64,000 nucleotides of DNA from a virus. The notes beneath the pieces were generated by a model that saw only the letters and a program-made list of their open reading frames with translations, ran no database searches and was not told the origin of the DNA. Every line of letters starts with the position of its first letter. The first letter of the stretch is position 1. The stretch lies in IMG/VR virus record IMGVR_UViG_3300048851_000098, positions 60,172-124,171 of that record; one strand, written 5' to 3'. Position numbers and translations under genes: made by a program. This document shows, piece after piece, positions 35,791-45,321 of the stretch.

Positions 35791-36012
35791 CTAGCTGCCT
35801 GGTCGTGGACGTACAGTCTTAGGACGCGGCCGAACAGGTTCGTTTTTCACCGGGCGGTACACAATGCCTTCCTCGGTCAGTTCACAAAGAAATCTTGTGT
35901 CAGGCGGAAATGTTTCCGCTATTTCAGATGGAACTGTGAGGCTGAAATTCCAGAAGGATCTACCTTCTCTACTAGATCCATTCTGGAATCTCCGCATCTT
36001 GTACGTCCGCAT
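35791..36012 (-). CDS. AbrB/SpoVT-like swapped-hairpin DNA-binding protein
   Basis: SLTVPSEIAETF...FLCELTEEGIVYRPV. Confidence 0.6.
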   Translation of the reverse strand: MRTYKMRRFQNGSSREGRSFWNFSLTVPSEIAETFPPDTRFLCELTEEGIVYRPVKNEPVRPRPKTVRPRPGS

Positions 36013-36018
36013 GATGAG

Positions 36019-36234
36019 TTACTGATTTGCCTCGGCGTACAAGAGAGCCAGGTAGTCAACCCCGTTGGGGTATTTCTTCTTGACGTTCTTGTAGATAGCG
36101 GCAGCGGCGGCGTAGTTTCTCGGATCGCCGTTATCTGTCAGCTTGCCTCTGAGTGCCAGGCGAGCGAGCGTGTAATCCCATGCCTCTTTGTCTTCAGCGA
36201 ATGCTGGTGGTGACTTAGGCATTGCGTGCCTCAA
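36019..36234 (-). CDS. Hypothetical protein
   Basis: ORF in operon. Confidence 0.55.
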   Translation of the reverse strand: MRHAMPKSPPAFAEDKEAWDYTLARLALRGKLTDNGDPRNYAAAAAIYKNVKKKYPNGVDYLALLYAEANQ

Positions 36235-36385
36235 GGATGTTCTTGACCGAAGTCATACGTCTGTGATTATCTTCAGTCTGAAAATGTGCAGGAAGGGCGG
36301 CAAATGCCTTTGCGATATTCATATCGTTATCGCGCAATGCTCTAGCCATATGGTCTTGATTTGATCCGGGTCGGAAAGAATCCAT
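36215..36385 (-). CDS. Hypothetical protein
   Basis: Probable start MDSFRP at 36385 (TAATG). Confidence 0.45.
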   Translation of the reverse strand: MDSFRPGSNQDHMARALRDNDMNIAKAFAALPAHFQTEDNHRRMTSVKNILEARNA

Positions 36386-36564
36386 TAGCCCACCATGCAA
36401 TCGTGTTGAATGAACTGTGTTCCGTTCCCGCCACAGTTGCATTCGGGATCGTCGCAACCCTTTGCTATGACAACGCAGGGATACATGCCGTTCATGAGGC
36501 GATTCAGAATGCTGTCTTGAGTTTCTGCTTGCCCTTCTTTTTGTTCGTCTCGTCTGACAAACAC
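36385..36564 (-). CDS. 59-aa Cys-rich protein (not in ORF track)
   Basis: GTG start after AGGAGGATCAG; ...PCVVIAKGCDDPECNCGG...HDC. Confidence 0.5.
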   Translation of the reverse strand: MFVRRDEQKEGQAETQDSILNRLMNGMYPCVVIAKGCDDPECNCGGNGTQFIQHDCMVG

Positions 36565-36715
36565 GGCTGATCCTCCTAGATGAACGTGGTGAACAGGAGA
36601 GCAGAAATTGCGAATCCCACAGCAAATCCGAGCGCTGTGTAACCGATCCGGTCATCCCCGATCAGGTGCTCACCAAGCGCTTCGATGAACACCATTGCGT
36701 TACTGATTTTCGCCT

Positions 36716-37189
36716 TCATGACAGGCCCGCCGCTGCGAGACGCTGTGCGGCGCGAATGTCGCGGCCCTGCGCGCCCATCGGGTTGAGTTGGATCGCCTGC
36801 GCGAACGACTCGACAGTGACCGTTGTGGTGGTGTTGACCAGCACACCGTTATCGACGCGGAATGCGGTCCACTCGCGGTCATCGAAGGTGATCGGCAGGC
36901 CGCCGTTGCTCTTACGTGCCCGCTCGACACACGTGCGCTCGGCCAGGCGTCCGGCCTCTTCGGCACTCGACGCACGCACTACCTGCATGTCGTTCACCTT
37001 CAGAACGTCTGCTGCGATGGCGCGCGTAGCGTTGCGCCGGCCGCTCGTCTCGCGCAGCAGCTCGCTCGGAACGACAAACCACAGCGGGTCCAGTGGCGGC
37101 GGTGGTGCTACAGGAGCAACCGGCTGTTGTGCTCGCCAGCGCTGCTCCTCTTCCAGACGCTTTCGCTCGCGTCGCTTGCGTCCCCACAT
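36716..37189 (-). CDS. Hypothetical protein
   Basis: AAAGGATCAG start. Confidence 0.65.
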   Translation of the reverse strand: MWGRKRRERKRLEEEQRWRAQQPVAPVAPPPPLDPLWFVVPSELLRETSGRRNATRAIAADVLKVNDMQVVRASSAEEAGRLAERTCVERARKSNGGLPITFDDREWTAFRVDNGVLVNTTTTVTVESFAQAIQLNPMGAQGRDIRAAQRLAAAGLS

Positions 37190-37211
37190 ATTGCTGATCC
37201 TTTCGTATTTG

Positions 37212-37481
37212 TTATTCGTAGTTGAAAACTCGCCCTGCTGCTCCTACTTGTTCTTCTTTGCGATCTCCTTCCAAGCGATAGACTTCCATCAATCTATCCG
37301 TGCCCTTGTCAACTTCCTCGCGGACTTTCTGAGCACTTCCTCTTACATAGACCGGGTAGCAACACTGGTCGCGCGGATCGCCACGAAAGTCCCAATCGTC
37401 ACATCGCACGATCATGTGTGTTGCGCCTTGCTTCACCCCTTCATCAAACCAGCGGTCGAGATCTTCGCGTGACGCTGGCAT
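37212..37481 (-). CDS. Conserved phage hypothetical protein
   Basis: GATHMIVRCDDWD..D..YPVYV pattern. Confidence 0.65.
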   Translation of the reverse strand: MPASREDLDRWFDEGVKQGATHMIVRCDDWDFRGDPRDQCCYPVYVRGSAQKVREEVDKGTDRLMEVYRLEGDRKEEQVGAAGRVFNYE

Positions 37482-37483
37482 GA

Positions 37484-38188
37484 TTAGGACCCCGGCGATC
37501 TCATCACGCCGATGGTGACGAAATAGGTAACACCGTCATCCGATGTGACCTGAATCGTTTGAGCGACATCCTCACCATCGAATCTGCTTTCCTGCTTCGG
37601 ACCGATGTAGAAGTCTTCTGCTCTCTCACCGAAGTTTCTTTCGATGAATCTGCCGGTTCGGCGCACGACCTCATCGAAGCGCCGTTCCTGTACCTGATTC
37701 ATTTCGTTTGACATGTATCTCGTCTCCGATTTGTTGTTCTCGCCCTCCTGCTCTTGAATCTGATCCCGCATCATCTTTGCAGTGCAGTGCGGACAGATCA
37801 CGTCGTCGGGACCGGGATTATCGGTCGGCTCGCATTCCCCCTCGCATCCCATCGGGCGTGGGGGAAGGTCGCTGTCGTCGTCACCCTCGCTTTCTGATTC
37901 GGGCGCCTCGGGAAGATCCTCTTCCCCGCGCTGTTCGTTCTGCTGGTCGAATTCCTCCATCGACTCAGGCTCTTCAGGCTCAGTCTCGGGAGGCAGGCCG
38001 TGCAGATCGTCTCTGTCCGGCTCAGGCTGACTATCTCTCGCAGCTTGTTCGGCGTCTGCATCTCTTTGGGACTGTTGACGAATGAACTCCGTTTCGTCAA
38101 ACGTTTCGTTCTGAATACAGAACGGGGTGTGACAATTGCCATCAGCTCCAAGAGGCTTGTCACACCCCGTACAGACCTTGGGCGTCAC
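37484..38188 (-). CDS. Acidic low-complexity protein with Cys clusters
   Basis: GTG start after AAAGGATCAG; CTGC, CHTPFC, CEGEC, CPHC; Glu/Asp/Pro-rich middle. Confidence 0.7.
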   Translation of the reverse strand: MTPKVCTGCDKPLGADGNCHTPFCIQNETFDETEFIRQQSQRDADAEQAARDSQPEPDRDDLHGLPPETEPEEPESMEEFDQQNEQRGEEDLPEAPESESEGDDDSDLPPRPMGCEGECEPTDNPGPDDVICPHCTAKMMRDQIQEQEGENNKSETRYMSNEMNQVQERRFDEVVRRTGRFIERNFGERAEDFYIGPKQESRFDGEDVAQTIQVTSDDGVTYFVTIGVMRSPGS

Positions 38189-38214
38189 ACTGATCCTTTC
38201 GTATCTATTTGAAA

Positions 38215-38287
38215 TACCCCTAGCGGGAGTTGAACCCGTCTCTACCAGCTTGAAAGGCTAGCGTGCTAACCGTTACACCATAGGGGC
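38215..38287 (-). tRNA. trnE: tRNA-Glu (anticodon UUC)
   Basis: GCCCCTA/TAGGGGT acceptor; D arm; CTAGC-CT-TTC-AA-GCTGG anticodon arm; GGG-TTCAACT-CCC T arm; no encoded CCA. Confidence 0.9.
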
Positions 38288-38321
38288 GTGTAAGCTTCCA
38301 GAACAACAGAAGCTTAGCAGG

Positions 38322-38627
38322 TTAGAGGGTTGTAGAGCGCAGTGGTCTTACACTGATGATTCTAACGTAATCACCATAAAACGCTCGAATACCCATGTAC
38401 GCTGAGTCGTAGCAAACAGCATGAACAAGAATCTTCTCTTTGGGCATCGAGAGTGTTGAAATGATGGCGCTGTACGGACGGCCGACCATTGCCGGATGAA
38501 TATCCAGATGCGGCCACGGAGTGTCGCAATAGTGCTTCAGCACCATGCCATTTCTTCCGCTAATGCCCGTCACAGTGCCACCGTTGCCAACGAAACGATC
38601 CGGCTTGATGAGATCTGCCGCTGTCAC
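38322..38627 (-). CDS. Hypothetical protein
   Basis: ATGA-coupled downstream of ku. Confidence 0.55.
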   Translation of the reverse strand: MTAADLIKPDRFVGNGGTVTGISGRNGMVLKHYCDTPWPHLDIHPAMVGRPYSAIISTLSMPKEKILVHAVCYDSAYMGIRAFYGDYVRIISVRPLRSTTL

Positions 38628-39481
38628 GCGCGCGCCTTGGTGCGTCTTCTCGCGGCTCTTCTGGCAGCTCTCGGCGTTCTTCTCGCCGGTCTGCGACGGG
38701 ACTGCTGTCTCACGCTCGTTTCGAGCGCAGCCATCAGGTCGGGGAGCGACTGACGCTCTCTTGGCGTCTCATCGAATCTCTGACCCTTCATCACCTTCGC
38801 GACAGCTTCGGCGCGAATCGCCAAACCGTCGTCGGCGTACTGATCCCACTCGAAACCGTTTGGATTAGATGTCGCGTCGAGCAATGTGCTCATGACCTCG
38901 TACATCTTCGGATCGACTTCGGTTTCGTAGTGGCGTCTCTCCTGCTCGCCCGGCTCACGCCACGCGCTGCGGAAGGGAATCACCGACAGCATCAGAATCC
39001 CGTTCCACACACGCAGAACGGCGAGCTTCTGAGTGGTCGAGCGGCACCACTTGACCAGGGCACCGCGATTGTTCTCGGTCAGACCATGAACGAGCAGTTG
39101 GAACGACCGCATATCCGCCTTTGGTGCAGGGCGGATGTAATACGTTCCGATGGAGTATTCGAGCGGATACTCATGCTCGGGCTGCACGTCGAGAATTTCC
39201 AGCGAATCGCTTTTCGTTGCATCCTCGATTCGAGACACTTCGACCACGGAAAGCTTTCTCCACTTTCCGTTAGCCATCTCGACGCCCTTGGTCTTGCCCA
39301 TGGGTGGGCGTTCCTTCGTCTTCGCGCAGCGCTCGTGCTTCTCGATAGGCAGGCCGTGGCAAACGCACACGTCGCGCATGGAGCGCTCGCGCTCATCCTC
39401 CCACGCCTTCCCGATTGTGATCGGCACGTTGAGAATGCCGAGCGTGATCGATCCCGACCACATGCTACGGGGGCTTGCCAT
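38624..39481 (-). CDS. ku: Ku DNA end-binding protein (NHEJ)
   Basis: RSMWSGSITLGILNVPITIGKA, TYYIRP, QKLAVLR, DQYAD, PDLMAALETSV and basic C-terminal tail. Confidence 0.92.
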   Translation of the reverse strand: MASPRSMWSGSITLGILNVPITIGKAWEDERERSMRDVCVCHGLPIEKHERCAKTKERPPMGKTKGVEMANGKWRKLSVVEVSRIEDATKSDSLEILDVQPEHEYPLEYSIGTYYIRPAPKADMRSFQLLVHGLTENNRGALVKWCRSTTQKLAVLRVWNGILMLSVIPFRSAWREPGEQERRHYETEVDPKMYEVMSTLLDATSNPNGFEWDQYADDGLAIRAEAVAKVMKGQRFDETPRERQSLPDLMAALETSVRQQSRRRPARRTPRAARRAARRRTKARA

Positions 39482-39516
39482 TTACGCTGATCCTTTCTCT
39501 TTCATCGTATCTCTAC

Positions 39517-39525
39517 AGTATAGCA
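39517..39525 (-). promoter_or_regulatory. Extended -10 element upstream of ku
   Basis: TGCTATACT on the minus strand. Confidence 0.5.
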
Positions 39526-39535
39526 ATAGTCTCCT

Positions 39536-39973
39536 CTATCCGCAAACAGGTGGATCTTGTTCCATTCCGGTCTGTCTGAAAACGAATTGCCCATCTTCCT
39601 CGCGAACGTAGCCAGTCAGATTGTTCTGAAACACTCCGTCAGAACAGCCGGGCATTGAGATATTCGTGAGCGCTACACAGTTCGCCCTGTGATCGTTGAT
39701 CGCCTCACAGTGTGCAGTTGTTCTCGTATTCAGCTCACTAGTCGAATCATCCGACTGAATGATCGCATCGACGTGACTTCTTACTGTCTCACTTGCTCTC
39801 GTCATTACTCCTGGATCACCAGTCGTGAAGACATGAGCAGGTGTTGTAGTAGAGCTGGTTGATGACTGATTGTTCTCGCTATCGCTGAGCAGGATGATGC
39901 CAAGTGCTGCGAAACACAGCAGCACTGTTCCTGCAAGAACTGCGATAACGAGTCCAGGTGAAAACTGTCGCAT
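39536..39973 (-). CDS. Membrane-anchored/secreted protein
   Basis: N-terminal TM, Ser/Thr linker, Cys-containing ectodomain. Confidence 0.7.
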   Translation of the reverse strand: MRQFSPGLVIAVLAGTVLLCFAALGIILLSDSENNQSSTSSTTTPAHVFTTGDPGVMTRASETVRSHVDAIIQSDDSTSELNTRTTAHCEAINDHRANCVALTNISMPGCSDGVFQNNLTGYVREEDGQFVFRQTGMEQDPPVCG

Positions 39974-39994
39974 TGCTGATCCTTTTCTGTTTAG

Positions 39995-40930
39995 TTAGCG
40001 ACTGCGCAAAGGCTGCACAATCAGTTTCGCGTCGAGTGCCTGTTGATTCAGGCGATCCTTCGGGAATCTGTCACCACCAAACATGTCAGCTCCGCGCTGA
40101 TCGCAGGTGATTCTCAGAACTGACGTTTCGGGGTCGTACTTCAATCCCCATTTGCGTCCGGCAATAGTTGTGCCAAGTCCTTCCTCGGCACGCTTTCTGA
40201 TTTTGTCACCTGCTACGCACTTTGCAGTGAACACAAGGTGACGGTAACCAGTTGGTGCAAACAGCACTGACCAGCCGGTGAAGTCAGAAACTTCATTCTC
40301 GCGCTTCACGCGCATAAGAACATTCGAGCGTACGTGATAATCACCACGATAGAGATCATCCAGTTGCACCCAAATATCAACTGTCAAGTCGTATCCGGAT
40401 GCTTCGAGTGATCCCAACAGACCGGCAACCCACGCGCCATATTCCTGCAAGGTGCTGGCCTGCATACCTGAAGCAAATGCCATCTGCACCATGACACGAA
40501 TGCCCGGCTTGCGCTCCTGCGGTGCCATGCCCAAATAGAAATCGTCATAGCCACCGACGAGACGCCCCACGTCAGCGTCTCCCTCTTCTTCATCCCAGGC
40601 TACGTGATCTTTCAGGGCCATTGGGACGTATGCTGCGGAGTGCTCGAATTCTCTTGCGTTATAACCGTCACGCAGCCAACCCAATGTCTGCGCTCCGGTT
40701 CCACCCTCCCATTCCTCTTCGTAGTAATACTCGTCGTTGTCGTAATACAAGTCGTATCGATTGCGACGGCGCTTGCGTCTGCGGCCGTTTGGGTTGTTGA
40801 ACAGCTCTCTAAGGTGGCGATCCATGACCGGCTGACTAGGCCAGCTCTCGCCATGCTCCACGCAGCGAATGAATTGCTCGCGTACGTCTCTCCACTCTAC
40901 GATGATGTTTCGTTCTGTACGTGCCGGCAT
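39995..40930 (-). CDS. vWA-like partner of MoxR-type AAA+ ATPase
   Basis: Downstream of the MoxR/CbbQ-type ATPase; GDADVGRLVGG...RVMVQMAFASG...LEASGYDLTV resembles phage vWA/CobT-like partners (MIDAS degenerate). Confidence 0.6.
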   Translation of the reverse strand: MPARTERNIIVEWRDVREQFIRCVEHGESWPSQPVMDRHLRELFNNPNGRRRKRRRNRYDLYYDNDEYYYEEEWEGGTGAQTLGWLRDGYNAREFEHSAAYVPMALKDHVAWDEEEGDADVGRLVGGYDDFYLGMAPQERKPGIRVMVQMAFASGMQASTLQEYGAWVAGLLGSLEASGYDLTVDIWVQLDDLYRGDYHVRSNVLMRVKRENEVSDFTGWSVLFAPTGYRHLVFTAKCVAGDKIRKRAEEGLGTTIAGRKWGLKYDPETSVLRITCDQRGADMFGGDRFPKDRLNQQALDAKLIVQPLRSR

Positions 40931-40932
40931 GG

Positions 40933-41109
40933 TTAGTGACTGATTTCGATGGTATATCTGGATTGTGTGGGAATAGACAATGAACCTGTGAGTTCGAGTC
41001 CATCAAACAGCTCTTCGAGAAATTCGATTGCTGCTTCGATCGCTTCATCGGGATTGGTCAAAATGTTGAACACACTTTCGCCGTGTTCATCCCGAATGGT
41101 GATCATCAT
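40933..41109 (-). CDS. 58-aa acidic protein (not in ORF track)
   Basis: MMITIRDEHGESVFNILTNPDEAIEAAIEFLEELFDGLELTGSLSIPTQSRYTIEISH*. Confidence 0.55.
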   Translation of the reverse strand: MMITIRDEHGESVFNILTNPDEAIEAAIEFLEELFDGLELTGSLSIPTQSRYTIEISH

Positions 41110-41121
41110 GCGTCTATCCCC

Positions 41122-42492
41122 TTATGCGTCGATGATGTTCCAGAAGAGCGACGTTTCGATACGCTCGTCCAGTTCGATTCTGACGCGGCCCGCGTTCCAA
41201 CGGTCGAGCGTCGCAGCGTCGAGCTTTGTGCGGGCGTTATAGTCGCGCCCTGCGCCCAGGCCCAACGTGTTCATACCGGAAATCGCAATGAAATCCGGAT
41301 GCATCTCAATTCTTCTGCCTGTGGCAGTGTTGAAGAACCACCCGTTCGCGATTGCGGCATTGACGATGAGCAGCAGATTTTCGTTACCAGCGTCCATCTC
41401 ATCGAAGAGAAAGACACCGCCGCCGCCATAGATGCGCTCGAATTGAGAGACAGCGATGTCGCCGGCATTCTGCTTTTCCTGCGCAACGATCATCGCTTCA
41501 TCGTTTCTGCCTTGCGCCAGCAGTGCCATCACGTATTCCGCCGTGCCGTCTGATCCGATCTTCGGACGGCCGTTGAAGGCGCTTGGTGATGTGCCATTGG
41601 TCATTGACACTGCGGCGAAGGGCAATGACATGATCTCGGCAATTTGCATTGCGAGCGTTGTCTTACCAGTGCCCTTCGGTCCGATCAACGCAAGCGGAAT
41701 ACGTTGTTCCACAATCGCCAGGCAGTAGGGCAACGCGGCATGCACTCCGTCACGGCGCTGATCCATTCTGAATGTGGTGACGTCATATTCGTACACATTC
41801 AGACGTTCGCGCACTTCCGGCGGATAGTGCATCGTCAGCGCGTGCTTGATGGCAGGCAAAGGAATTCCGGCCATGAGCATTCTGGCGCCGTACTCGACCG
41901 GACGCAATCCGATCTCGTCCAGCTTGTGACCATCGGCCGCGCGCTCTCTACAGAATTCGCGCAGTGTACGAATCCATTCGAGCAGCCTTGCGGCTTCTCT
42001 TCTGAGCAGGCTTTCTCTCGATTCCTCTTCCTGATCCTGTCCGCTGCCACCGATTCTGTTTGCCTGCAACACCTTCTTTACGCGCTTCAGCTCTCGCATG
42101 AGCGCGTTTCTCTGTGCCTCCATCGGCAGTGGCACATGTCTGCCATCCTGCTTCTTACTGAAGGACAGTGGTCCCCTACCGACACTTGGCAGCAGGGTTG
42201 CGTATGCAGCGTCCACGTCCATGCGGTTCATGCGGAGCGCTCTAGCGAGAATGTCTTGCTTTGAGCCGGGACGGAATCCACTACGTCTTTCGTCGCGTCT
42301 TGGCTCGCCCCCGTTACGATCCTTTTCCGGCGGATGAACACGTCTCAGCTCATCCATGATCGATCTCGCTTGCTCAAGCGTGAGATTTTCGATGATGCCG
42401 CCGTGCGCCTCGATCAGAGGAACTGCGGTTTCCGGAAACTTCTGCTTCAGAAACCGGATCGCGCGAGTCTGTCTATCAGTCGCCTTTGGCAT
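41122..42492 (-). CDS. MoxR/CbbQ/NorQ-type AAA+ ATPase with N-terminal extension
   Basis: GPKGTGKT, VFLFDEMDAG, MHPDFIAISGMNT.G.G, KLDAATLDRW. Confidence 0.88.
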   Translation of the reverse strand: MPKATDRQTRAIRFLKQKFPETAVPLIEAHGGIIENLTLEQARSIMDELRRVHPPEKDRNGGEPRRDERRSGFRPGSKQDILARALRMNRMDVDAAYATLLPSVGRGPLSFSKKQDGRHVPLPMEAQRNALMRELKRVKKVLQANRIGGSGQDQEEESRESLLRREAARLLEWIRTLREFCRERAADGHKLDEIGLRPVEYGARMLMAGIPLPAIKHALTMHYPPEVRERLNVYEYDVTTFRMDQRRDGVHAALPYCLAIVEQRIPLALIGPKGTGKTTLAMQIAEIMSLPFAAVSMTNGTSPSAFNGRPKIGSDGTAEYVMALLAQGRNDEAMIVAQEKQNAGDIAVSQFERIYGGGGVFLFDEMDAGNENLLLIVNAAIANGWFFNTATGRRIEMHPDFIAISGMNTLGLGAGRDYNARTKLDAATLDRWNAGRVRIELDERIETSLFWNIIDA

Positions 42493-42539
42493 AGTTCGTA
42501 GCTGATCCTTTTATATCGTCGTTGGGCGTTTGAGGGGTA

Positions 42540-42545
42540 TTATAC
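42540..42545 (-). promoter_or_regulatory. -10 element upstream of the MoxR-type ATPase
   Basis: TATAAT on the minus strand in an AT-rich intergenic gap. Confidence 0.45.
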
Positions 42546-42567
42546 ACAAATACGTCAGACGATGCGA

Positions 42568-42993
42568 CTACAGAACTTGCCGTTCCTTCAACAGCCGTTC
42601 TGATGCATTCATCGTGTCGCACAGTTCGTAAGCCTTTGCGCGATACTCTGCAAGCTTCTCTTGAAAGTCAACAGAGTCATGCGCAAGCGCATGCTGATTT
42701 TCACTGAAAACAATGTGTGTACTGTTCGTGAACAACTCTTTGCGGCCGTTTTCGTCCAACTTGATAAGACGAAACCCAATGCCGTCTATCCGCTTCTCGT
42801 CTGGTCTGCCTTCCTGTCGAACCAGACCTACTTGATATTGTTCAACTTGCCACTGCCCAGCTCTGATCAGTCTGTTTCTGATCTGCTGGATGCGATTCTC
42901 TTTCAGCTCTGGATATACCACCGTAAGCCATGGCAACCCGAACACAACCGCTGCAAAGAGCAACGCAAGAAAGATGATTCCCAAAACCTCCAT
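42568..42993 (-). CDS. Membrane-anchored hypothetical protein
   Basis: N-terminal TM; AAAGGATCAG start. Confidence 0.7.
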   Translation of the reverse strand: MEVLGIIFLALLFAAVVFGLPWLTVVYPELKENRIQQIRNRLIRAGQWQVEQYQVGLVRQEGRPDEKRIDGIGFRLIKLDENGRKELFTNSTHIVFSENQHALAHDSVDFQEKLAEYRAKAYELCDTMNASERLLKERQVL

Positions 42994-43078
42994 TGCTGAT
43001 CCTTTCTCGTTTGTTCACCAGCGCACAAAAGCCAATGCGCCACCGCCTATTGGCAATGACGCATTCGCTTTCGTTCGA

Positions 43079-43270
43079 CTAGAGAGCAGCTTGTACAGCT
43101 TCGCTCAGTTCGCGACAGATCGTTTGCTCTGGCGATGGTTCACCAGAGCCATCGCTGAATTCAGCACGAATATCGTCACGCGACCATTGGAGCGCTATGT
43201 TGAGAACTCTCAGATGATCTTTGGGAAGTTGCTCGATGATTCGTGTAATTTCAGGATTTGCCATACACAT
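43079..43270 (-). CDS. Hypothetical protein
   Basis: Short ORF. Confidence 0.5.
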   Translation of the reverse strand: MCMANPEITRIIEQLPKDHLRVLNIALQWSRDDIRAEFSDGSGEPSPEQTICRELSEAVQAAL

Positions 43271-43303
43271 GGCCCTTTCTGCGCGGGTTTATGTTGATTG
43301 TTA

Positions 43304-43630
43304 CTACTTGCCGCGCTGCGCGAGCCGGCGAGCCTTCGCACGGCTTCTGTCCGTCAGCACGTACTTGTGAGCGGGGCGGCCGACCGTGCCCGTGCGCTGC
43401 ACGTCGAGCGTGGTCGTCTTGCCGGCGCGCTTCTGCGCGGGCTTGATGATGCCGTCGTCCAGCATGCCCTGAAGCTGCGCGACCGAGAGGCCGAGCTGAG
43501 AGCGCGTGGCGGCCCCGCTGGTCAGCCGGACCATGGCCGCAGTACGCGCCGCGATGGTGGACTGACGGGGACCGATCTTGACGCCCTTGCGGGAAGTGCG
43601 GGCGGTGCGAGTCTTCGTGATGGTGCTCAT
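43304..43630 (-). CDS. Basic DNA-binding protein, winged-helix-like
   Basis: ATRSQLGLSVAQLQGMLDDGII ... VGRPAHKYVLT; Arg/Lys-rich; AAAGGATCAG start. Confidence 0.65.
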   Translation of the reverse strand: MSTITKTRTARTSRKGVKIGPRQSTIAARTAAMVRLTSGAATRSQLGLSVAQLQGMLDDGIIKPAQKRAGKTTTLDVQRTGTVGRPAHKYVLTDRSRAKARRLAQRGK

Positions 43631-43827
43631 TTTGCTGATCCTTTGATTTGTTTATTTCAGATTGACTTAGTGTTGATTTCTGTACTGCTTTTTCTAGCTG
43701 ATTCGTTTCTATCGGCCGTTCATTCGCATTCCTTGATTTCCGTTTGTGTTGCTTGCTTTCAGCAGCTTATCAGATGTTGTGGGCTTTGTGGGAAAAGATT
43801 TCAGATTGTCAGAGTTCCTACAAACAC

Positions 43828-44121
43828 TCAGATACTCGCATCACCCTCCAAAAGCTCTTTTGCTTGAAGAGCGCTTCTGAGTGCGAAGATGTAAGCGTTG
43901 GTCACCGATCCTCGGGCGGCAGAATCCGGCTCGAAACAGATAAGTCTGTTCCAATCGAAGTTGTTGATCAGGAGGGCCATTCCTTCGCGCTTGCGTTGAC
44001 GGCCCAGGTCGGTCAAGCACGCCATCATGAGCTGACCGTGATCATTCAGCGCAAACGCATTCACAATGCTCATGGTGTCATTGCCGAATGAATGGATGAT
44101 GTAGTTAGTAGGCGTATCCAT
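43828..44121 (-). CDS. Hypothetical protein
   Basis: TAATG-coupled. Confidence 0.55.
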   Translation of the reverse strand: MDTPTNYIIHSFGNDTMSIVNAFALNDHGQLMMACLTDLGRQRKREGMALLINNFDWNRLICFEPDSAARGSVTNAYIFALRSALQAKELLEGDASI

Positions 44122-44786
44122 TATGTCGTTTCTGGTGCATAGACCGGTTGCGTATTGCCCATGTTATTGAGCATGAGGCGACACACACTCATGTGTTGTC
44201 TGCCTGTAGGGAAGTAGCCGTAGCTACCGTGAATCCCTGTACCTGTACCGAAACCGTCTGTGTAGGCGAGTCTGTGCCATTTACTGCGCGGGTAAGCCAT
44301 GCAGAAGGCGCCAGCCTCCGCAAACATTTCCATGGCGCTTGTTCCGCAGCCTTCCCAAATGGAAAGACCATGGCATGCCCTGATACGAAAGACCTTTCCC
44401 CAATCCTGCGGGAGCTTCATGATCTTCCGGAAGCGCTGACGAATGTATTCGGCTCTTGGATCAGGTGTAACTCTCACGATATCGAGATCTTCACCAACCA
44501 ATACTTCATCGTCTGTGAGATCATCCCACATGTGAGTGTATTCATGGAAGAACGTTTCAGGGTCGGCACCCTCGATGCCTATTTCTGTACCGCCAGCGAA
44601 ACATCCCGCCCAACCATCACAGTCCCGATGAACCGTCATGGTCAGGTCAAACAATTGAATGCTTGACTTATTGGCCCATCTTTGCAACAGGGGTGCGGGA
44701 GTGCCATCACGGTTGGTGACATGCAGTGCTGACGCCTCAGCCGGGAAGATGAGGATCAGCAAAACGAGCATGACAAACCGTTTCAT
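44121..44786 (-). CDS. Secreted zinc metallopeptidase-like protein (zincin)
   Basis: Signal peptide MKRFVMLVLLILIFPAEASA; FFHEYTHMWD (HExxH) and downstream EMFAE third ligand. Confidence 0.7.
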   Translation of the reverse strand: MKRFVMLVLLILIFPAEASALHVTNRDGTPAPLLQRWANKSSIQLFDLTMTVHRDCDGWAGCFAGGTEIGIEGADPETFFHEYTHMWDDLTDDEVLVGEDLDIVRVTPDPRAEYIRQRFRKIMKLPQDWGKVFRIRACHGLSIWEGCGTSAMEMFAEAGAFCMAYPRSKWHRLAYTDGFGTGTGIHGSYGYFPTGRQHMSVCRLMLNNMGNTQPVYAPETT

Positions 44787-44965
44787 GGTGACACCTGTTC
44801 GATTGAGTGGGCGCGATTGGCCGGGTAGAGCTTGGCGATTCTGGCCCACGCCTCGGCCTGTGTGGCAGCTCTCACGCTGTCTGTGTGAACGAACTTGGGC
44901 GGTTTGCCCTGGTCCTGTGCTCGCGTGTTCGCGTACTTTCTGATCTTGAAGTGGAATTCCTGCAT
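44783..44965 (-). CDS. Hypothetical protein
   Basis: Start MQEFH at 44965 after AAAGGATCAG. Confidence 0.6.
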   Translation of the reverse strand: MQEFHFKIRKYANTRAQDQGKPPKFVHTDSVRAATQAEAWARIAKLYPANRAHSIEQVSP

Positions 44966-44975
44966 TGCTGATCCT

Positions 44976-45200
44976 TTAGTTTGTTTTGGGTGGAACCGCC
45001 TTTTGAAGAGCATCGATGATCTCTCTGGCTTCTATTTCGGAAAGCTCATCAACACTTCTGTTATATCTGTCGATAATTGCGAGTACGCCTCTATCGTCAG
45101 ACTTGGCTACCCAACGATTGCGAACGAAAGTGATTACTCGCTTTTGTCGGTAAGTTGCCGGGTTCATACACAGTCGCAGTAGGGAAGATGCCAGCCACAA
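44976..45200 (-). CDS. Hypothetical protein
   Basis: ATYRQKRVI motif; ELSEIEAREIIDAL. Confidence 0.5.
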   Translation of the reverse strand: MWLASSLLRLCMNPATYRQKRVITFVRNRWVAKSDDRGVLAIIDRYNRSVDELSEIEAREIIDALQKAVPPKTN

Positions 45201-45321
45201 TCAGGGCAGGCAATACATTTTGTGTTGTCAGTGCAGTAGGGATCTCTGCATGGTGCTCCCGTAGGTTCAGGAGCCGCCAGAATTGCCTCGATCACTTCCA
45301 TAACCGCTTGAGATACTTTTC

